A DNA stretch of 64,000 nucleotides from Squalus acanthias (taxonomy: Eukaryota): the NCBI GenBank assembly GCA_030390025.1, contig CM059452.1, positions 8,370,001 through 8,434,000 of the forward strand, given 5' to 3'. A program made the translations under genes and the position numbers. The notes under the pieces were generated by a model. The model was not told where the DNA came from. It saw only the letters and a list, made by a program, of their open reading frames with translations, and ran no database searches. Below, in pieces: positions 11,176-23,822 of the stretch. Position 1 is the stretch's first letter; each line of letters begins with the position of its first letter.

Positions 11176-13340
11176 GGAAAAAGTTGGAGATGTAACAGGT
11201 TTTTAAGCAAGTGCTGGGGCAGGGAAAGGGGGAGGAAAGCACAAAATGGAAGGTCTATGATAGGATGGAAGGCAGGAGAGATTAAAAGACAAAAGGAATG
11301 ATCGTGCAAGGCAAAAGGAGATAGTAATGGGACAAGTTAAGAAACAAAAGATGACTCTAAATGAGGTGTAAATGGCAATGGCAGAATGATCAATAGCTGC
11401 CATGTGAGAGAATATATTTTTAAAAAAGGGGCCGAGGCTATAGTCTGAAATTGTTGAACTCGATGTTGACTCCAGAGGGCTGCAAAGTGCCTCATCGAAA
11501 GATGAGGTGCTGTTCCTCGAACTTACGTGGAGCTTCGTTGGAACAGTGTAAGAGGTCGAGGACGGAGAGTTCAGAGTGGGAGTGGAGCAGAGAATTAAAG
11601 TGAAAGGCGACTGGAAGCTCGGGGTCAGGCTTGCGCACTGAAAGGAGGTGTTCCGCAAAGCGGTCACCCAATCTGAGTTTGGTCTCCCCGTTGTAGAGGA
11701 GACCGCATCGTGAGCAGCGAATACAGTATACTAAATTGCAAGAAGTACAAGTAAATCGCTGTTTCACCTGGAAGGAGTGTTTGGGGCCCTGGAAATTGGG
11801 AAGGGAGGAGGTAAAAGGGCAGGTGTTGCATCTCCTGCACGTGCACGGGAAGGTGCCGTGGGAAGGGGAAGGGGTGTTGGGGTGATTGAGGAGTGGACCA
11901 GGGTGTCGCGGAGGGAGCAGTCCCTTCGGAATGCTGAAAGGGAGGGGAGGGGAAGATGCGTTTGGTGGTGGGATCACACGGGAGGTGGTGGAAATGGCGG
12001 AGGATGATCCATTGAATGTAAAGGCTGGTGTGGTGAAAGGTGAGGACAAGGGGAACCCTATCGTGGTTCTGGGAGCATGGGGTAGGGCTGAGAGCAGAAG
12101 TACGGGAAATGGAACGGACACAGTGAAGGGCCGTGTCAACCACGGTAGATGGGAATCCTCAGTTGAGGAAAAAGGAAGACATACAGGAAGCACTTGTATG
12201 GAAAGTGGCATCGCCAGAGCAGATGCAGCGGAGATGGAGAAACTGGGAGAATGGAACAAGTAACTATAAGCCCACTGACTCCCACAGCTACATGGACTAC
12301 ACTTCCTCCCACCCCGCTTCCTGTAAGGACTCTATTCCATTCCATGTCTTCCTTTTTCCTCAATCGAGGATTCCCCTCTACTGTGGTTGACACGGCCCTT
12401 GACCGTGTCCATTCTATTTCCCGCACTTCTGCTCTCATCCTTTCCTCTCCCTCCCAGAACGACGATAGAGTTCCCCTTGTCCTCACCTTTCACCCCTAAA
12501 TCCTCCACATTCAACGGATCAACCTCCGCCATTTCGGCCGTCTCCAGCGTCATCTCACCACCAAACACATCTTCCCCTCACCTCCCAATTCAGCATTCCG
12601 AAGGGACCGCTCCCTCTGCGACACCCTGGTCCACTCTTCTATCACCTCAACACCCCTTCTCCTTCCCACGGTACCTTCCCGAGCAAGCGCAGGAGATGCA
12701 ACACCTGCCCATTCACCTCCCCCCTTCCCACTGTCCAGGGCCCCAAACACTCCTTCCAGGTGAAACAGCGATTTACTTGTACTTCTTGCAATTTAGTATA
12801 CTGTATTCGCTGCTCACGATGCGGTCTCCTCTACATTGGGGAGATCAAACGCAGATTGGGTGACCGCTTTGCGGAACACCTCCGTTCAGTCCGCAAAAGT
12901 GACCCCGAGCTTCCGGTCGCCTGTCACTTTAATTCTCCGCTCCACTCCCACTCTGATCTCTCCATCCTCGGCCTTACGCTGTTCCAAAGAAGCTCAACGT
13001 AAGCTCGAGGAACAGCACCTCATCTTTCGATGAGGCACTTTGCAGCCTTCTGGACTCAACATCGAGTTCAACAATTTCAGACTTTCGCCTCGGTACCTAT
13101 TTCTTTTTTAAAATTCTCTCACATGGCAGCTGTTGATGATTCTGCCATTGCCATTTACACCTCATCTAGAGTCATCTTAACTTGTCCAATTACAATCTCC
13201 TTTTGCCTTTCACATCATCCCGTTTGTCTTTTAATCTCTCCTGCCTTCCATCCTATCATAGACCTTCCCTTTTGTTCTTTCCTTCCCCCCTTTCCCGCCC
13301 CAGCCCCTGGTTAAAACCTGTTAGATCGCTAACTTTTTCC

Positions 13341-13376
13341 AGTTCTGACGAAGGGTCTTCCACCTGAAATGTCAAC
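13341..13376 (+). ncRNA. Minimal hammerhead ribozyme motif (PLE-associated)
   Basis: agtt-CTGACGA-agggtcttccacct-GAAAt-GTC-aac. Confidence 0.55.
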
Positions 13377-14741
13377 GCTGTTTCTCTCTCTACAGATGCG
13401 TCCTGACCTGCTGAGTTTTTCCAGCATTTCTGTCTTTATACAATTTCTCACCCTCTGCACTGACATCTGAATAGTTCTCATAATATCCACCAGAGGGCGT
13501 CAGGTCACAATATTCCTTTTCTGGCTGCGACCCCGGGCAGTGAGTTCATGACTTTTTTCCAACAGTTGTGTCAATTTTGGAATGAATTGAAGATTAATAT
13601 TTGAAATCCACAATGCGCTGGGACGGTACAACTGGCAGTAATCATCATAAAAAGACATTCTGCATATCAAAGGATTGAACTCTGATACTAACCAGTGGGC
13701 AGGACAAGTGGAAGGGCGTGGAAGATGGGGAAAGGAATATTAAAACGTGAGTTAAAGACACAGCCTGAGATCTGATTTCTGAACCCATTAACTGTACCGA
13801 TGGTGGAGATCGATGTTAAAGGGGCGAAAGACAAACCAAAACCGCCTGTATTTTGTTTCTTTTTCTGCGCCACATCCTTTTCTAATACGAGTGAAAGTTG
13901 CAAGGACAGTTTCTCATGTCCTGTTGGTGTTGAGCTCTTGTTAACTAGAACCCGCCCTACTCCTCAGCCTGGAGGCTCCCCCCAACCCCCCCACCCAACA
14001 CCCCCCCCCCCCCCGCCCCCCCGCCTCCCCTGTGCTCGCGGGCACTTTAAGCAGATGAAACGTCATAAACGCATAAAAACGTCAATGCGCCGCCCCTCCG
14101 TTCTCTCATTGCAAATCCAAAATCTGAAGATAATGGATTAGTAAATAAATCATTAAAGGCGCAAAGAAAGCATCAGATAGACATTAAACACATTTTAAAT
14201 GCAAGCCACAGAAGGGGTGGGTGTTCGAAATGCTGTTTAAATTACACGGAGAGTTTATTCTTTCATGCTGTTCAATTGTTTGTTCAGTAACAGCAGACGT
14301 CATCGTTCTAATGTCGCGGCTCTATAAATCACTCCATAACAGACGGGATCATTGTTAGTTCATTAGTTCACTGACCCGTGAGGGAAAGTTCACTGGAGTC
14401 GGTAAAACTAACGTAGTTCTAGAGAATGAATTGCCCCTGGAATAAAACAAACCCATTAGCAATCATGTGATTTCCGTTCAGAATGAACAGGCAAGGGTTT
14501 CATTCCCACCCCGATCTCTAAAAGCGGAACCATTCCCCTATAAGGACACTGACTGTAGCCCAGCTCGGGGTGTTTCCATTCACTGGCAGCCAGCTCACCA
14601 CCTACCGGTCTCACAGCACCACTGGGGATACAAGGAAGTGAGGTGAGAGCATCCTGAGACACGACAGCAGATTATTGAGGGCGGGGATTAGAACGGGTGT
14701 CTTCAAATATCCAACCCCCTTTTACAGAGCGGACAGCGACA

Positions 14742-15201
14742 ATGCGGCTACTCAGCATCTGGGCTGTGTGGGGGGCATTTCTGACAGGTAATTGTGGACC
14801 AAACACATTTCATCTTTTCTCTCATTTCTAACATGGTTTGAATCTGAATTTTAAACACTGGTCTGATCTTTTCCTGTTTGAACATGTTTTTCAGATCTGA
14901 GTCTTGGAGATTCTGTCACTCAGCCGCTGTCCGCAGGAGTTAAGACAGAAGGAGAAGCGGTGACTTTAAGCTGTACCTATGATACTACATGGAGCGACTA
15001 TTATTTACATTGGTACCGGCAACACCCAGACACACAGCCCGAGTTTATACTGTGGAAATACTCGAGCGGTGCTGAAGATAAAGCAGATTTTGCTAAAACC
15101 CGTTTCTCTGCTGAGCTCCAGACCTCGACTAAATTCACCAGTTTAACCATCTCCGGGCTGCAGCTGACTGACGCTGCCGTGTATTACTGCGCCCTGAGAC
15201 T
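14742..15201 (+). CDS. TRAV: TCR alpha/delta V gene V7, apparently functional (MRLLS family)
   Basis: Leader 14742-14787 MRLLSIWAVWGAFLT; V exon 14895-15201 (..LSCTYD..LHWYRQ..DFAKTRF..DAAVYYCALR); RSS cacagtg 15202-15208, 23 bp, acaaaaact. Confidence 0.95.
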
Positions 15202-17206
15202 CACAGTGATGGAAAGCAGTCTCAGCCCTGTACAAAAACTGCCATTGGACTGTAGGGCGGAGCTCCTGTCTGTTGGGGTTGTGTGGAATCGCGGGCAGAT
15301 GCAGCCACAATGTGCAGCGCGCTGTCAGGCGCTCAAACACACACCGAGAGGAAACCAAATTAACCTCGGATCAAACTGTCACCCAACTGTTTCCAGGAGC
15401 GGCCGAGAAAACAAACTGCAGAATCCAATCGGCCCGAAAGATCGATCACAGAATGAATCGGCCGGTTAAACTGTCCTTTCTGCCTCGGATCAGCTGTTTT
15501 CCCGTAAAGTTATGGATCGAGTATTAAAAAGTGTCAGTGAAATAATAGTAACACTTTAGTTTGAACACTACATGATTGGACTCATCCTTACCGACAATAA
15601 ACACCCCAAACACAACCCAGGCGCTCAATAGCCGCTGCCGAGTCCGAACCTGTCGGTCCCGTTAAAAGCCCAATCCAGGACCGGAATAGACCTCGTCAGT
15701 GGCTCCTATTGGTTCAAGGTCACTTCCTTGTCTCATTGTTCTCCTCAAATGATGTAATATCCAATCCCGCCATATATTGAAATAGGATTCGAATGAGAGT
15801 CATGTGTCAGTTGAAGCCCTTTCATCCACAGCTTAATATATCTGAGGGTGGAGTCCGTCACTCAGCGCAGTCTTCGGGGTGAGTAAAGCTTCAGCTTTGC
15901 TGAGTTTTGGGGATTTATTTAATGGGCGCAAATCAGTCAGTTTGCTGAGTGCTGGTTTATTTTCTGCCGATGTAAGAAGGCTCATCAAGAGCATCGCCTG
16001 TAACATTCGTGTTTACACCGAGGTACCCGCTCTGTGGGGTAGATTTCATCTGGTCTCTGTTTCTAATTAAATATTGATCGCTTTCTAAAAGAAAGCACTT
16101 TCGATTGGGAGTCCCACAGGAGCAGCACGAAATATTCTAAAACAGCGACCAAAGATTTGCCACTCTATTTGCGATGTCACTAAAACTGAGAGACCAAAGG
16201 AAATCATCCCCTTGTGTCCCCAGCTGAAGGTTAATCAAACCCGAACCCCGTCAACCACCTCAGTCTGATTAGTGACAGTGAGTGAAATAAACTGAACATT
16301 GTCAGCTACTTTCAAACCCTATCTTTGTCACTTTGAGACAACATCTTACTGTCATCATCAGATTGTGATGACAATTTCTCGGAGAGGAGTATGCACCCCT
16401 TCCCCGAATATCACTGAACCCGTTAGATTAATGTCTGCCTGAAACTAACACTGTGCTGAAATTGATATCACGGGGAGGGAAACGGTGGTTAGTGACACGG
16501 GAGAAGCTCTTCACCCGGTTACAGTCCTGTCTCCATGGGTATGTCCTTCATTCCAGGTATTTTTCAAATGATAGCTTTACAAAACTGCCAAAAACTTCAC
16601 TCGCGGTTGCTTTAAGATTTGCAGGATAAGAAAATAATTCATAAGTGTGATGGGGAGAGATTGTGACGATGAATAGCTGTAAAAACAACAGTGAGGGAAA
16701 ACTTTACTGAACCCCACGAACACAAACACAGACATAAACAGGTTTCAAATGTTGATGGTTTTGCACAATTGAGCAGAGAGAAACACGTGAACACGGCGCC
16801 CTCTGGCGGATATTCTGTGTTTAGTCAATGAGCTGTCTCCAGTTCCTCTTTATGCTTAACTGGGTTGGAGCGGTTCCGAATTAATACGTCGAACAGCAGC
16901 AAACGTTTTACATCGTTAAACTCAAGACTGGAAGAAGAAAATGTACATGATTTTGGGTAAAGAGTGGAGACAAGGGATGAGAAGGGACAAGTAGGCACGG
17001 AAAGGACATCGAAGATAAAAGGGGAGTTCATGCACCACAGATGGATTTGTCAACTTAATTTTTGTTATCAATGTGAGTTGAAATCACCAACTAATACAAT
17101 TCAGCAAGTGGAGTTTACCTGCGTGTTGTGCTGCTTGCCCTTTTAAGAAGGTCCCTGTGACTCTCACTGTGGAGGCTGAATTATCGCTGCTGTTTAGCGG
17201 GGTGAG

Positions 17207-17221
17207 AGCGCCCTCTGGTGA
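17207..17221 (-). promoter_or_regulatory. CTCF-binding motif 24 bp 3' of the V8 nonamer
   Basis: Minus strand tcaccagagggcgct. Confidence 0.6.
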
Positions 17222-17285
17222 GCACTAACTGAAACTCTCAGTGTGGGTTTTTGTACGGGATCCGCTATATCTCTGCAGCAGTGTG

Positions 17286-17767
17286 GGGTCCATGGCACAG
17301 AAATACACGGCGGTGTCGGAGATCAGGGCATTGCCGACTGTTAGCTCAGTAATCTTGGTAATGGTATTAAACGTAGAAGAGAATCGATCAGTGATGTCTG
17401 GGTTCCTTTTTACATTCTCGCCGATAATACGAACCACGTACTGTGGGGTCTGCCCGGGGTGCTGACTGTACCAGAACACATAAGTTCTACTGCCGCTTGA
17501 TTTCAAGGTGCAGGTTAGTGTGACATTACTTCCCTCTTCAAACGTCATTTCAGGGACCGGCTGTTCCACTGTGGCTTGGTGACTCCATTCTAACATAAAA
17601 TAATAGTAATAGTCATCATCATCACCTCAATCAACATAATCATCGTCATTTCACCAATACTATCATCTGGGTTACAGCAGTCAGGGGGAGAATAATTTTT
17701 TACTGAGAAGGAAATACTTACTGAGAAGTGATATAGTGATGAGGAGCGGTGCGAGACGATTCTGCAT
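17286..17767 (-). CDS. TRAV: TCR alpha/delta V gene V8, apparently functional (QDTVEQP family)
   Basis: Leader 17767-17722; V exon 17589-17286 (..DTAVYFCAMD); RSS cacactg 17285-17279, 24 bp, acaaaaacc 17254-17246. Confidence 0.95.
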
Positions 17768-18363
17768 GATTTCCCTGAGTCTGTAACTCTGCAGTCCGGG
17801 AAATCCTATGTCGGAGCAGAAATAAAGACCCCGCCAACGGCACTGCTGATCCAACCAATGCCAAACAGGGAACAGAGGCAGCAATCTCTCCAATAACACG
17901 GGGCAGGCAAGGCGGGTCAGAGCGCGAGCAGCACACGGAAGCTGTGGGTGGGGCTGCCTCAGACTAAATATTGAGCGTGTTCAGGGCTCTGTGTAACCGC
18001 AGAAAGTGCGCGGCGCCGCTCAGCTGCACTCGGAGCTAATGGAACGGAAAGAGCGATGGTTGGGCCTCGAGAAGCCTGTGGGAAAACTGCTATTGCTCAT
18101 TGAATGTGACTGGGACCAAATAGAGTGAGAGGGAAATGAAGGAAGCATAAGAAATAATGACCGTATTTATTCAGCTATAATATAGATTTTTGAGACACAA
18201 TATCTGACACACGTGTTTTTATATATGATCAACCAACCCTAAATCCCCTCAATTACCTCACACTAAATCGATGTATCCGAATCCGCCAGCAGAGGGCACC
18301 AAACTCAAGCAGGGGGCTTAGAAAGTCACGTGATGCAAACACCAAAGCCAATCGGTATCTGAG

Positions 18364-18371
18364 TGACGTCA
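18364..18371. promoter_or_regulatory. CRE (TGACGTCA) with CCAAT, V9 promoter
   Basis: About 125 bp upstream of the leader ATG at 18494. Confidence 0.5.
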
Positions 18372-18493
18372 TATCGAAGTCAGCCCCCTGCAGTGTGTGG
18401 GCGGACTAATGAGCTGAACAGCCCGGGTTTCCTCACTCCTTCTCAATCTCTGCCTCATTCCATTCCAATTTACTGCGAGGGATCGAGTCACTC

Positions 18494-19032
18494 ATGTTGC
18501 TAATAATACTGGCGGCTGTGTTGGACAGTAAGTACTGGATTATATCAAATAACACACGTTAACCGATGGATGCAAAGATCTTGTGGAAGGAATTAATGCA
18601 ATTACTCGTTAGAAGTATCCAAATGATGGGTAGATGGGAGGTTAGAGACACAAGTTTAGATCGATCCTGTTTAACCGTCTGCTCTTTTGTTCCCTATCTT
18701 TACAGGCGGACTATGTGCAGATCCAGCATCACAGTCTCTGGTGACAATAGCCGTTTCAGAAGAGAGTTCGGTGCAATTAGATTGCGAATATACAGCCCCG
18801 AATATTTACACTATGCAATGGTACCGACAGAAACCGGCACAGCCTCCAAGCTGGATAATTAGCAAACTAGTAGCACATAAGGGTGAAGAAGTCTGAGGAG
18901 AATATCCGGCGGCTGCTAACACATCTAGAAAGTATGGTTACCTCAATATAAGCGGCCTGAGTGTGGAGGGCGGGGCGGTCTATTACTGTGCAGTGAGGCG
19001 TCAGATAAAAGTAAAGGCCCCGTACACAAACC
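18494..19032 (+). pseudogene. TRAV: TCR V pseudogene V9 (GLCADP family)
   Basis: Leader 18494-18527; V exon from 18706; TGA at 18894; ..GAVYYCAVR; 5 bp of the heptamer missing relative to paralog V21. Confidence 0.9.
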
Positions 19033-19149
19033 TCAGCGAGTATTTACAGCTTCATTAAGTGTTCTTTGTGTTTTTATCTGTGGGTTACTTTGATCCCAAG
19101 CCCACAGAGACCAAAGACTGTCAGGTTTCTATATCAAAGAGGATATTCT

Positions 19150-19520
19150 TGTCTTTGTCTTTGTCCAAATCAGCGGAGAACCGATCTGGGAAATCTGGAG
19201 AATTGTCTCCCTGTCCTGAGCAATATCTCCTCAATAAATATCTCGGAGCTTACCAGGATTACTAGATGTACCAGTAGAGGTGGGGAAACCTATCGTATGT
19301 GGTGAAACTACAGCTCAGTATTAGGGTCTGTTCTTCCACAACCGTTAATTCAGACGGATCTTGGGACACTGAGTCTGCGCCACTCGTTCCTGTAACAAAA
19401 CACAGACTGTGTGAAAAGTCTGGCAGTAAATATAACCCATGAAACACGCACTGACCATTTAAACTTAGACTCACCGGGCAGCACGACCATTATTATCAGT
19501 AAGGAACTTGGGGAGCACAT
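19150..19520 (-). pseudogene. TRAV: TCR V pseudogene V10 (SQDPSEL family), stop codon and 3' truncation
   Basis: Leader 19520-19475; exon from 19389 ..LYWYI*; homology ends after RFSADLDKDK; no RSS. Confidence 0.9.
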
Positions 19521-19738
19521 GATGCCTGGTTTAGAGTTCGACAGAAAATAGCAGATTTTTAAAAATACGTTGACCATTCTCGTCTGATATTAAAGTGCAA
19601 ACTGAGATCAGGAGCAGACTTCACTTATTGGGAGACTGGGGGCGGTTCCCAGGGACAGTGTTATAAAACACCCAGCGCTCTGATAATGGCACAGCCTCGA
19701 GTTTTTGTACGGTCTCTGCTGATCTTTGCTGCACTGCA

Positions 19739-20331
19739 TCTCCAACGCACAGAAATAGGTGGCGGTGTCTGTCACTCGAGCGTCGCTAACATTCAGAGCA
19801 CTTCGCTCCTCTACTGAGCTGAAGCGAGCCGTGATCCTGCTCTGATCGCTGGTACCGGTCGCCAGGTACTGCACGGTTCGCCTCGGGTATTGTCTGTACC
19901 ATTGTAGCATCCGTCCTGCGACTGTGGTGGAACAGGTCAACGATGCAGTGTCTCCCTCGGTAACAACCTCTGACTCGGAAGACTGCGATACCTCTTCACT
20001 GCCAGTGGCACCTGAAAAGAGTATGTTGATATTAATATAATATAATTAATACAGTGCATTATATTATAATTAATACAATATAATTCAATATAATATAGTG
20101 CATAATATAGCATAACATGATAAAATCTGACATAATAGAAGATAATACAGTATAATAAAATACAATATAACATAGCATAACTTAATCTAACATAACATAA
20201 TAATATATAAATAAATATTATGTATATAAGATGTAAAATATTCCCGATAAACAGAGATTGTGACGACACTCACACGGAGGGGCGAATAAGAAATCCAGGG
20301 AGATAATCACTAAAGTGAAGCTCAGCTTCAT
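19739..20331 (-). CDS. TRAV: TCR V gene V11: intact ORF with a defective RSS heptamer
   Basis: Leader 20331-20274; V exon 20011-19739 (..LTCSTT..LQWYRQ..DTATYFCALE); heptamer tgcagtg 19738-19732, 23 bp, acaaaaact. Confidence 0.85.
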
Positions 20332-21239
20332 GTCGGATCCTATCGATTTGTGTAAAGTGACTGTCGGCAGATCCAGGCCGAGAGAGGCTCCTGGAGAAGG
20401 CAGCGCTGTTGTGTATTAATCTCAGCCTGACACCGCGGCACTGTGCCCGTCACACACGGTCTCTGGAACACAAAATGTGAACCTGTGAGGGGAGCTCGGG
20501 GCTCAGCATTGATGGAGACTGGGGTGAGGAGAGCGCATGCGCCAGAGCATCGGCAGGTCATCCTGAATCCGACCTGGAAATGGGAACAGAGAGAACTCGA
20601 AAAATGAACAATGTTCTGTGAGATCAGCCCAAAGAAGTTACTTTAAACCCGATCACCAGGTGGCGCTGACAGACCGCTTCTTCCCACCGCCGGTCACGTT
20701 GCATCAGCCAATGCTGCCTGACATATGTTTTCATATAAATTAACAAGAAATTCCTTTTCAACTCTTAGATTTCTGTTCATTGATATTATATCGTCAATAA
20801 CAGTGTAATAATTTCACGCATTACTTCGCAACCTCCAGTTGACAGTTTTGAATTAAATACATTTCTCATTAATAATTACAATTCGGAATCGGTTGGATTT
20901 TTGTTATATAATCCAACATCTGTTTCTAACACCATAATTTAATCCCAGCCCAGTGATGAAGATGCTTGTAGCTAATATAATAACTGCAAATCCTTTCGCG
21001 AGCCTGGGGGCAACACAGTTCTTATAGAGAAGCGGAATTATATGACTTCCAATGGGGACATTATTATTGAAGTAATTTCCTCACACATGTATTGTCTGTG
21101 TATTGTACAGCTGAATGTTGCAATTAAACAAACGGCGTCAACAGATATTAAATCCGTTTGACCCTATCAATGTGAACATTCCTTGTAAAGTGACCCCAGA
21201 TCCTGGCGAGTATTCCACGTGTTCTTCACCGCATTCCCT

Positions 21240-21385
21240 GCGCATGTGGGCCCTTTACACTCCCAGCACTTTCAGATTCAGCCTTAGCTATTTCCACACC
21301 ACTCATGATGTATGTATGTTCTTCATTGTCCCTTCTCATGTACAATACTTCACACTTTTCTAGATTAAGTTTCATCGACCATAAG
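21240..21385 (-). mobile_element. Degenerate CR1 ORF2 fragment
   Basis: WSMKLNLEKCEVLY resembles the CR1 motif WQMxxNVDKCEVIH in the other copies. Confidence 0.6.
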
Positions 21386-21864
21386 GGTCTGTATTTTTCT
21401 CTCTCTCGGTGGGTGAGTCCATTCAACGGGACCGCTAATGTTCAGTTCTCCCTTGTATTCGGTAGCCCCGGGTACATTATCAGTGAATCTGTCGGGCAAA
21501 TTGCCTACCCCAGTCATCCCACCAGAAAAGGAGGCTCCATCCCCATTGTCTCGACCGCGTTTGAACACAGAGTCCCAGAGGGTGAGAGATTGGCTTCGGA
21601 GTCATTGCAAGGACACGATTTCGCCCACCAGAGTGAACAGACATCAATCGCTTTTGACGTTTACAAAGTCCAAGCAGCCCGAATATCGGCTGTGTCGGTG
21701 AGAAACACGTCAGCCGTCTGATAATTGGATGCTGAAGAACAAAGTTATAAGAGGCGGCCGCCTTTGCCAGTCGCTGACAAATTAAAAAATCGTTATCGAA
21801 TTGATTAGTGATACAGATGGATTTTCAGACAATCGATATCGCGGGAATTTCAGAACCAATATCC

Positions 21865-22240
21865 TTTTTTATTATTATTTGCTTATGGGATCTGGGCTTC
21901 GCTGGCAAGGCCAGCATTTATTGCCCATCCCTAGTTGCCCTTGAGAAGGTGCTGGTGAGCCGCCATCTTGAACCGCTGCAGTCCGTGTGGTGATGGTACT
22001 CCCACAGTGCTGTTAGGTATGGAGTTCCAGGATTTTGAGCCAGCGACGATGAAGGATCGGTTATATACTTACTTCTAAGTCAGGATGCTGTGTGACTTGG
22101 AGGGGAACTTGGAGTGGTGGTGGACCCATGAGCCTGCTGCCCTTGTCCTTCTAGGTGGAAGAGGTCGCGGGGTTGGGAGGTGCTGCCGAAGAAACCTTGG
22201 TGACTTGCTGCAGTGCATCTTGTAGATGGCACACACTATG
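21865..22240 (-). mobile_element. LINE (CR1/L2 superclade) 3' fragment
   Basis: CAIYKMHCSKSPRFLRQHLP..; tail shared with 32160-33385. Confidence 0.8.
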
Positions 22241-22406
22241 ATTCTAAGACCACGATGATCATTTGAGATAGAAATACGACAGAGATCAAATCTTCCTGAA
22301 CAATTTAATCTGTTGTTACACACAGCTACCAGTGGAATTCCTTCCCAGTGACGATTCAAGGGGTCTCTGGTTTGACAGACAGCCAATCCCCGAGTGGGAC
22401 TGTGAA

Positions 22407-22414
22407 TGACGTCA
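22407..22414. promoter_or_regulatory. CRE (TGACGTCA) flanked by CCAAT boxes, V12 promoter
   Basis: About 180 bp upstream of the ATG at 22593. Confidence 0.55.
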
Positions 22415-22592
22415 GGTGACAACATAGGCCGATTGGTAAGAATGTCGCCCATCACTCCCACACTGTACGGGGTGAAAGTGAAGCTCTCCCCTCTCCTCCC
22501 GCTCCCAACCATTGAAAGTCCGGGACTCGGCAACAAGGTCTAGTCTGGAAATCAGACCCTGATTGATCCGCCTTTTGTCCATCTTCATCGTC

Positions 22593-23020
22593 ATGAACAG
22601 GAACCTCGGCAAAGAGCTGTTTCCAGTTGGAGCCCTGGTGCTGTTGATGTTGTGTGAGTTCATTTATCAGCTCAGACGCCTTGTTTCATTCATCTCTTAA
22701 TAGCTTGTGGTTGTTGAGTGAGTTTGTTTTGTTCACAGCCGTTCGGTGTGAGGATCGGATCTCACCCGCTGAGCAGGTGGTGTCTCGGGAAGGGGAACGG
22801 GCTGAACTGGACTGCCGGCTCTCCGTTGGTACTGGGGATACCGTAGTCTGGTACAGACAAGCACTGGCGGGGGCGCCGACATTTATCGGCTCCATATACC
22901 AGGGGAATAAGACTACAGGACGTTACAAACTCTCCTTTGACCGAGTGAAGAAATCTAACACCATCTCTATAGACGGCACCTCGGCCAGAGACGCCGGAGT
23001 GTATCACTGTGCGGTGGGGA
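22593..23020 (+). CDS. TRAV: TCR alpha/delta V gene V12, apparently functional
   Basis: Leader 22593-22653 MNRNLGKELFPVGALVLLML; V exon 22739-23020 (..LDCRL..VVWYRQ..DAGVYHCAVG); RSS cacagtg 23021-23027, 23 bp, acaatatcc. Confidence 0.93.
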
Positions 23021-23276
23021 CACAGTGAGGCAAAGAGCGGCTCCAGCTGCACAATATCCTGTTCGCTGCCGAGTCTCCGCTGCACCCTTAACCTTTCCTC
23101 AAATCAAGTACTTTAGAAATGCCGGTGACAGTCAGAAATGTTAGCTTCCCGTGTTTCAAACTTCCAACTGGATAAAGTTACAATATCTTTCAGCTACAAC
23201 TACAGATACAGTGAATCCAAACTAAGATTTTCTATGTTTGGCTGTACAACATACAGAGTAAATAGATGGACAGGCA

Positions 23277-23822
23277 ATGTTTGATGGGACAGTGTAGAGG
23301 GAGCTTTACTCTATATCTAACCCGTGCTGTACCTGCCCTGGCAGTGTTTGATGGGACAGTGTAGAGGGAGCTTTACTCTATATCTAACCCGTGCTGTACC
23401 TGCCCTGGGAGTGTTTGATGGGACAGTGTAGAGGGAGCTTTACTCTGTATCTAACCCGTGCTGTACCTGCCCTAGGAGTGTTTGGTGGGACAGTGTAGAG
23501 GGAGCTTTACTCTGTATCTAACCCGTGCTGTTCCTGTGCTGGGAGTGTTTGATGGGACAGTGTAGAGGGAGCTTTACTCTGTATCTAACCCGTGCTGCAC
23601 CTGCCCTGGGAGTGTTTGATGGGACAGTGTAGAGGGAGCTTTACTCTGTATCTAACCCGTGCTGTTCCTGTGCTGGGATGTCTTTGATGGGACAGTGTAG
23701 AGGGAGCTTTACTCTGTATCTAACCCGTGCTGTACCTGCCCTGGGAGTGTTTGATGGGACAGTGTAGAGGGAGCTTTACTCTGTATCTAACCTATGTTGT
23801 TCCTGACTGGGAGTGTTTGATG
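23277..23822. repeat. 67-bp minisatellite, about 8 copies
   Basis: Unit gtgtttgatgggacagtgtagagggagctttactctgtatctaacccgtgctgtacctgccctggga. Confidence 0.95.

Larger units (their letters stand above)
11041..13437. mobile_element. Inverted pair of 5'-truncated Penelope-like elements (GIY-YIG endonuclease) flanked by a 14-bp target site duplication
   Basis: Minus arm about 11060-12255, plus arm about 12262-13437; both encode NLVYCIRCSRCGLLYxGE..RLGDRFAEH; atacaatttctcac at 11027-11040 and 13438-13451. Confidence 0.9.
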
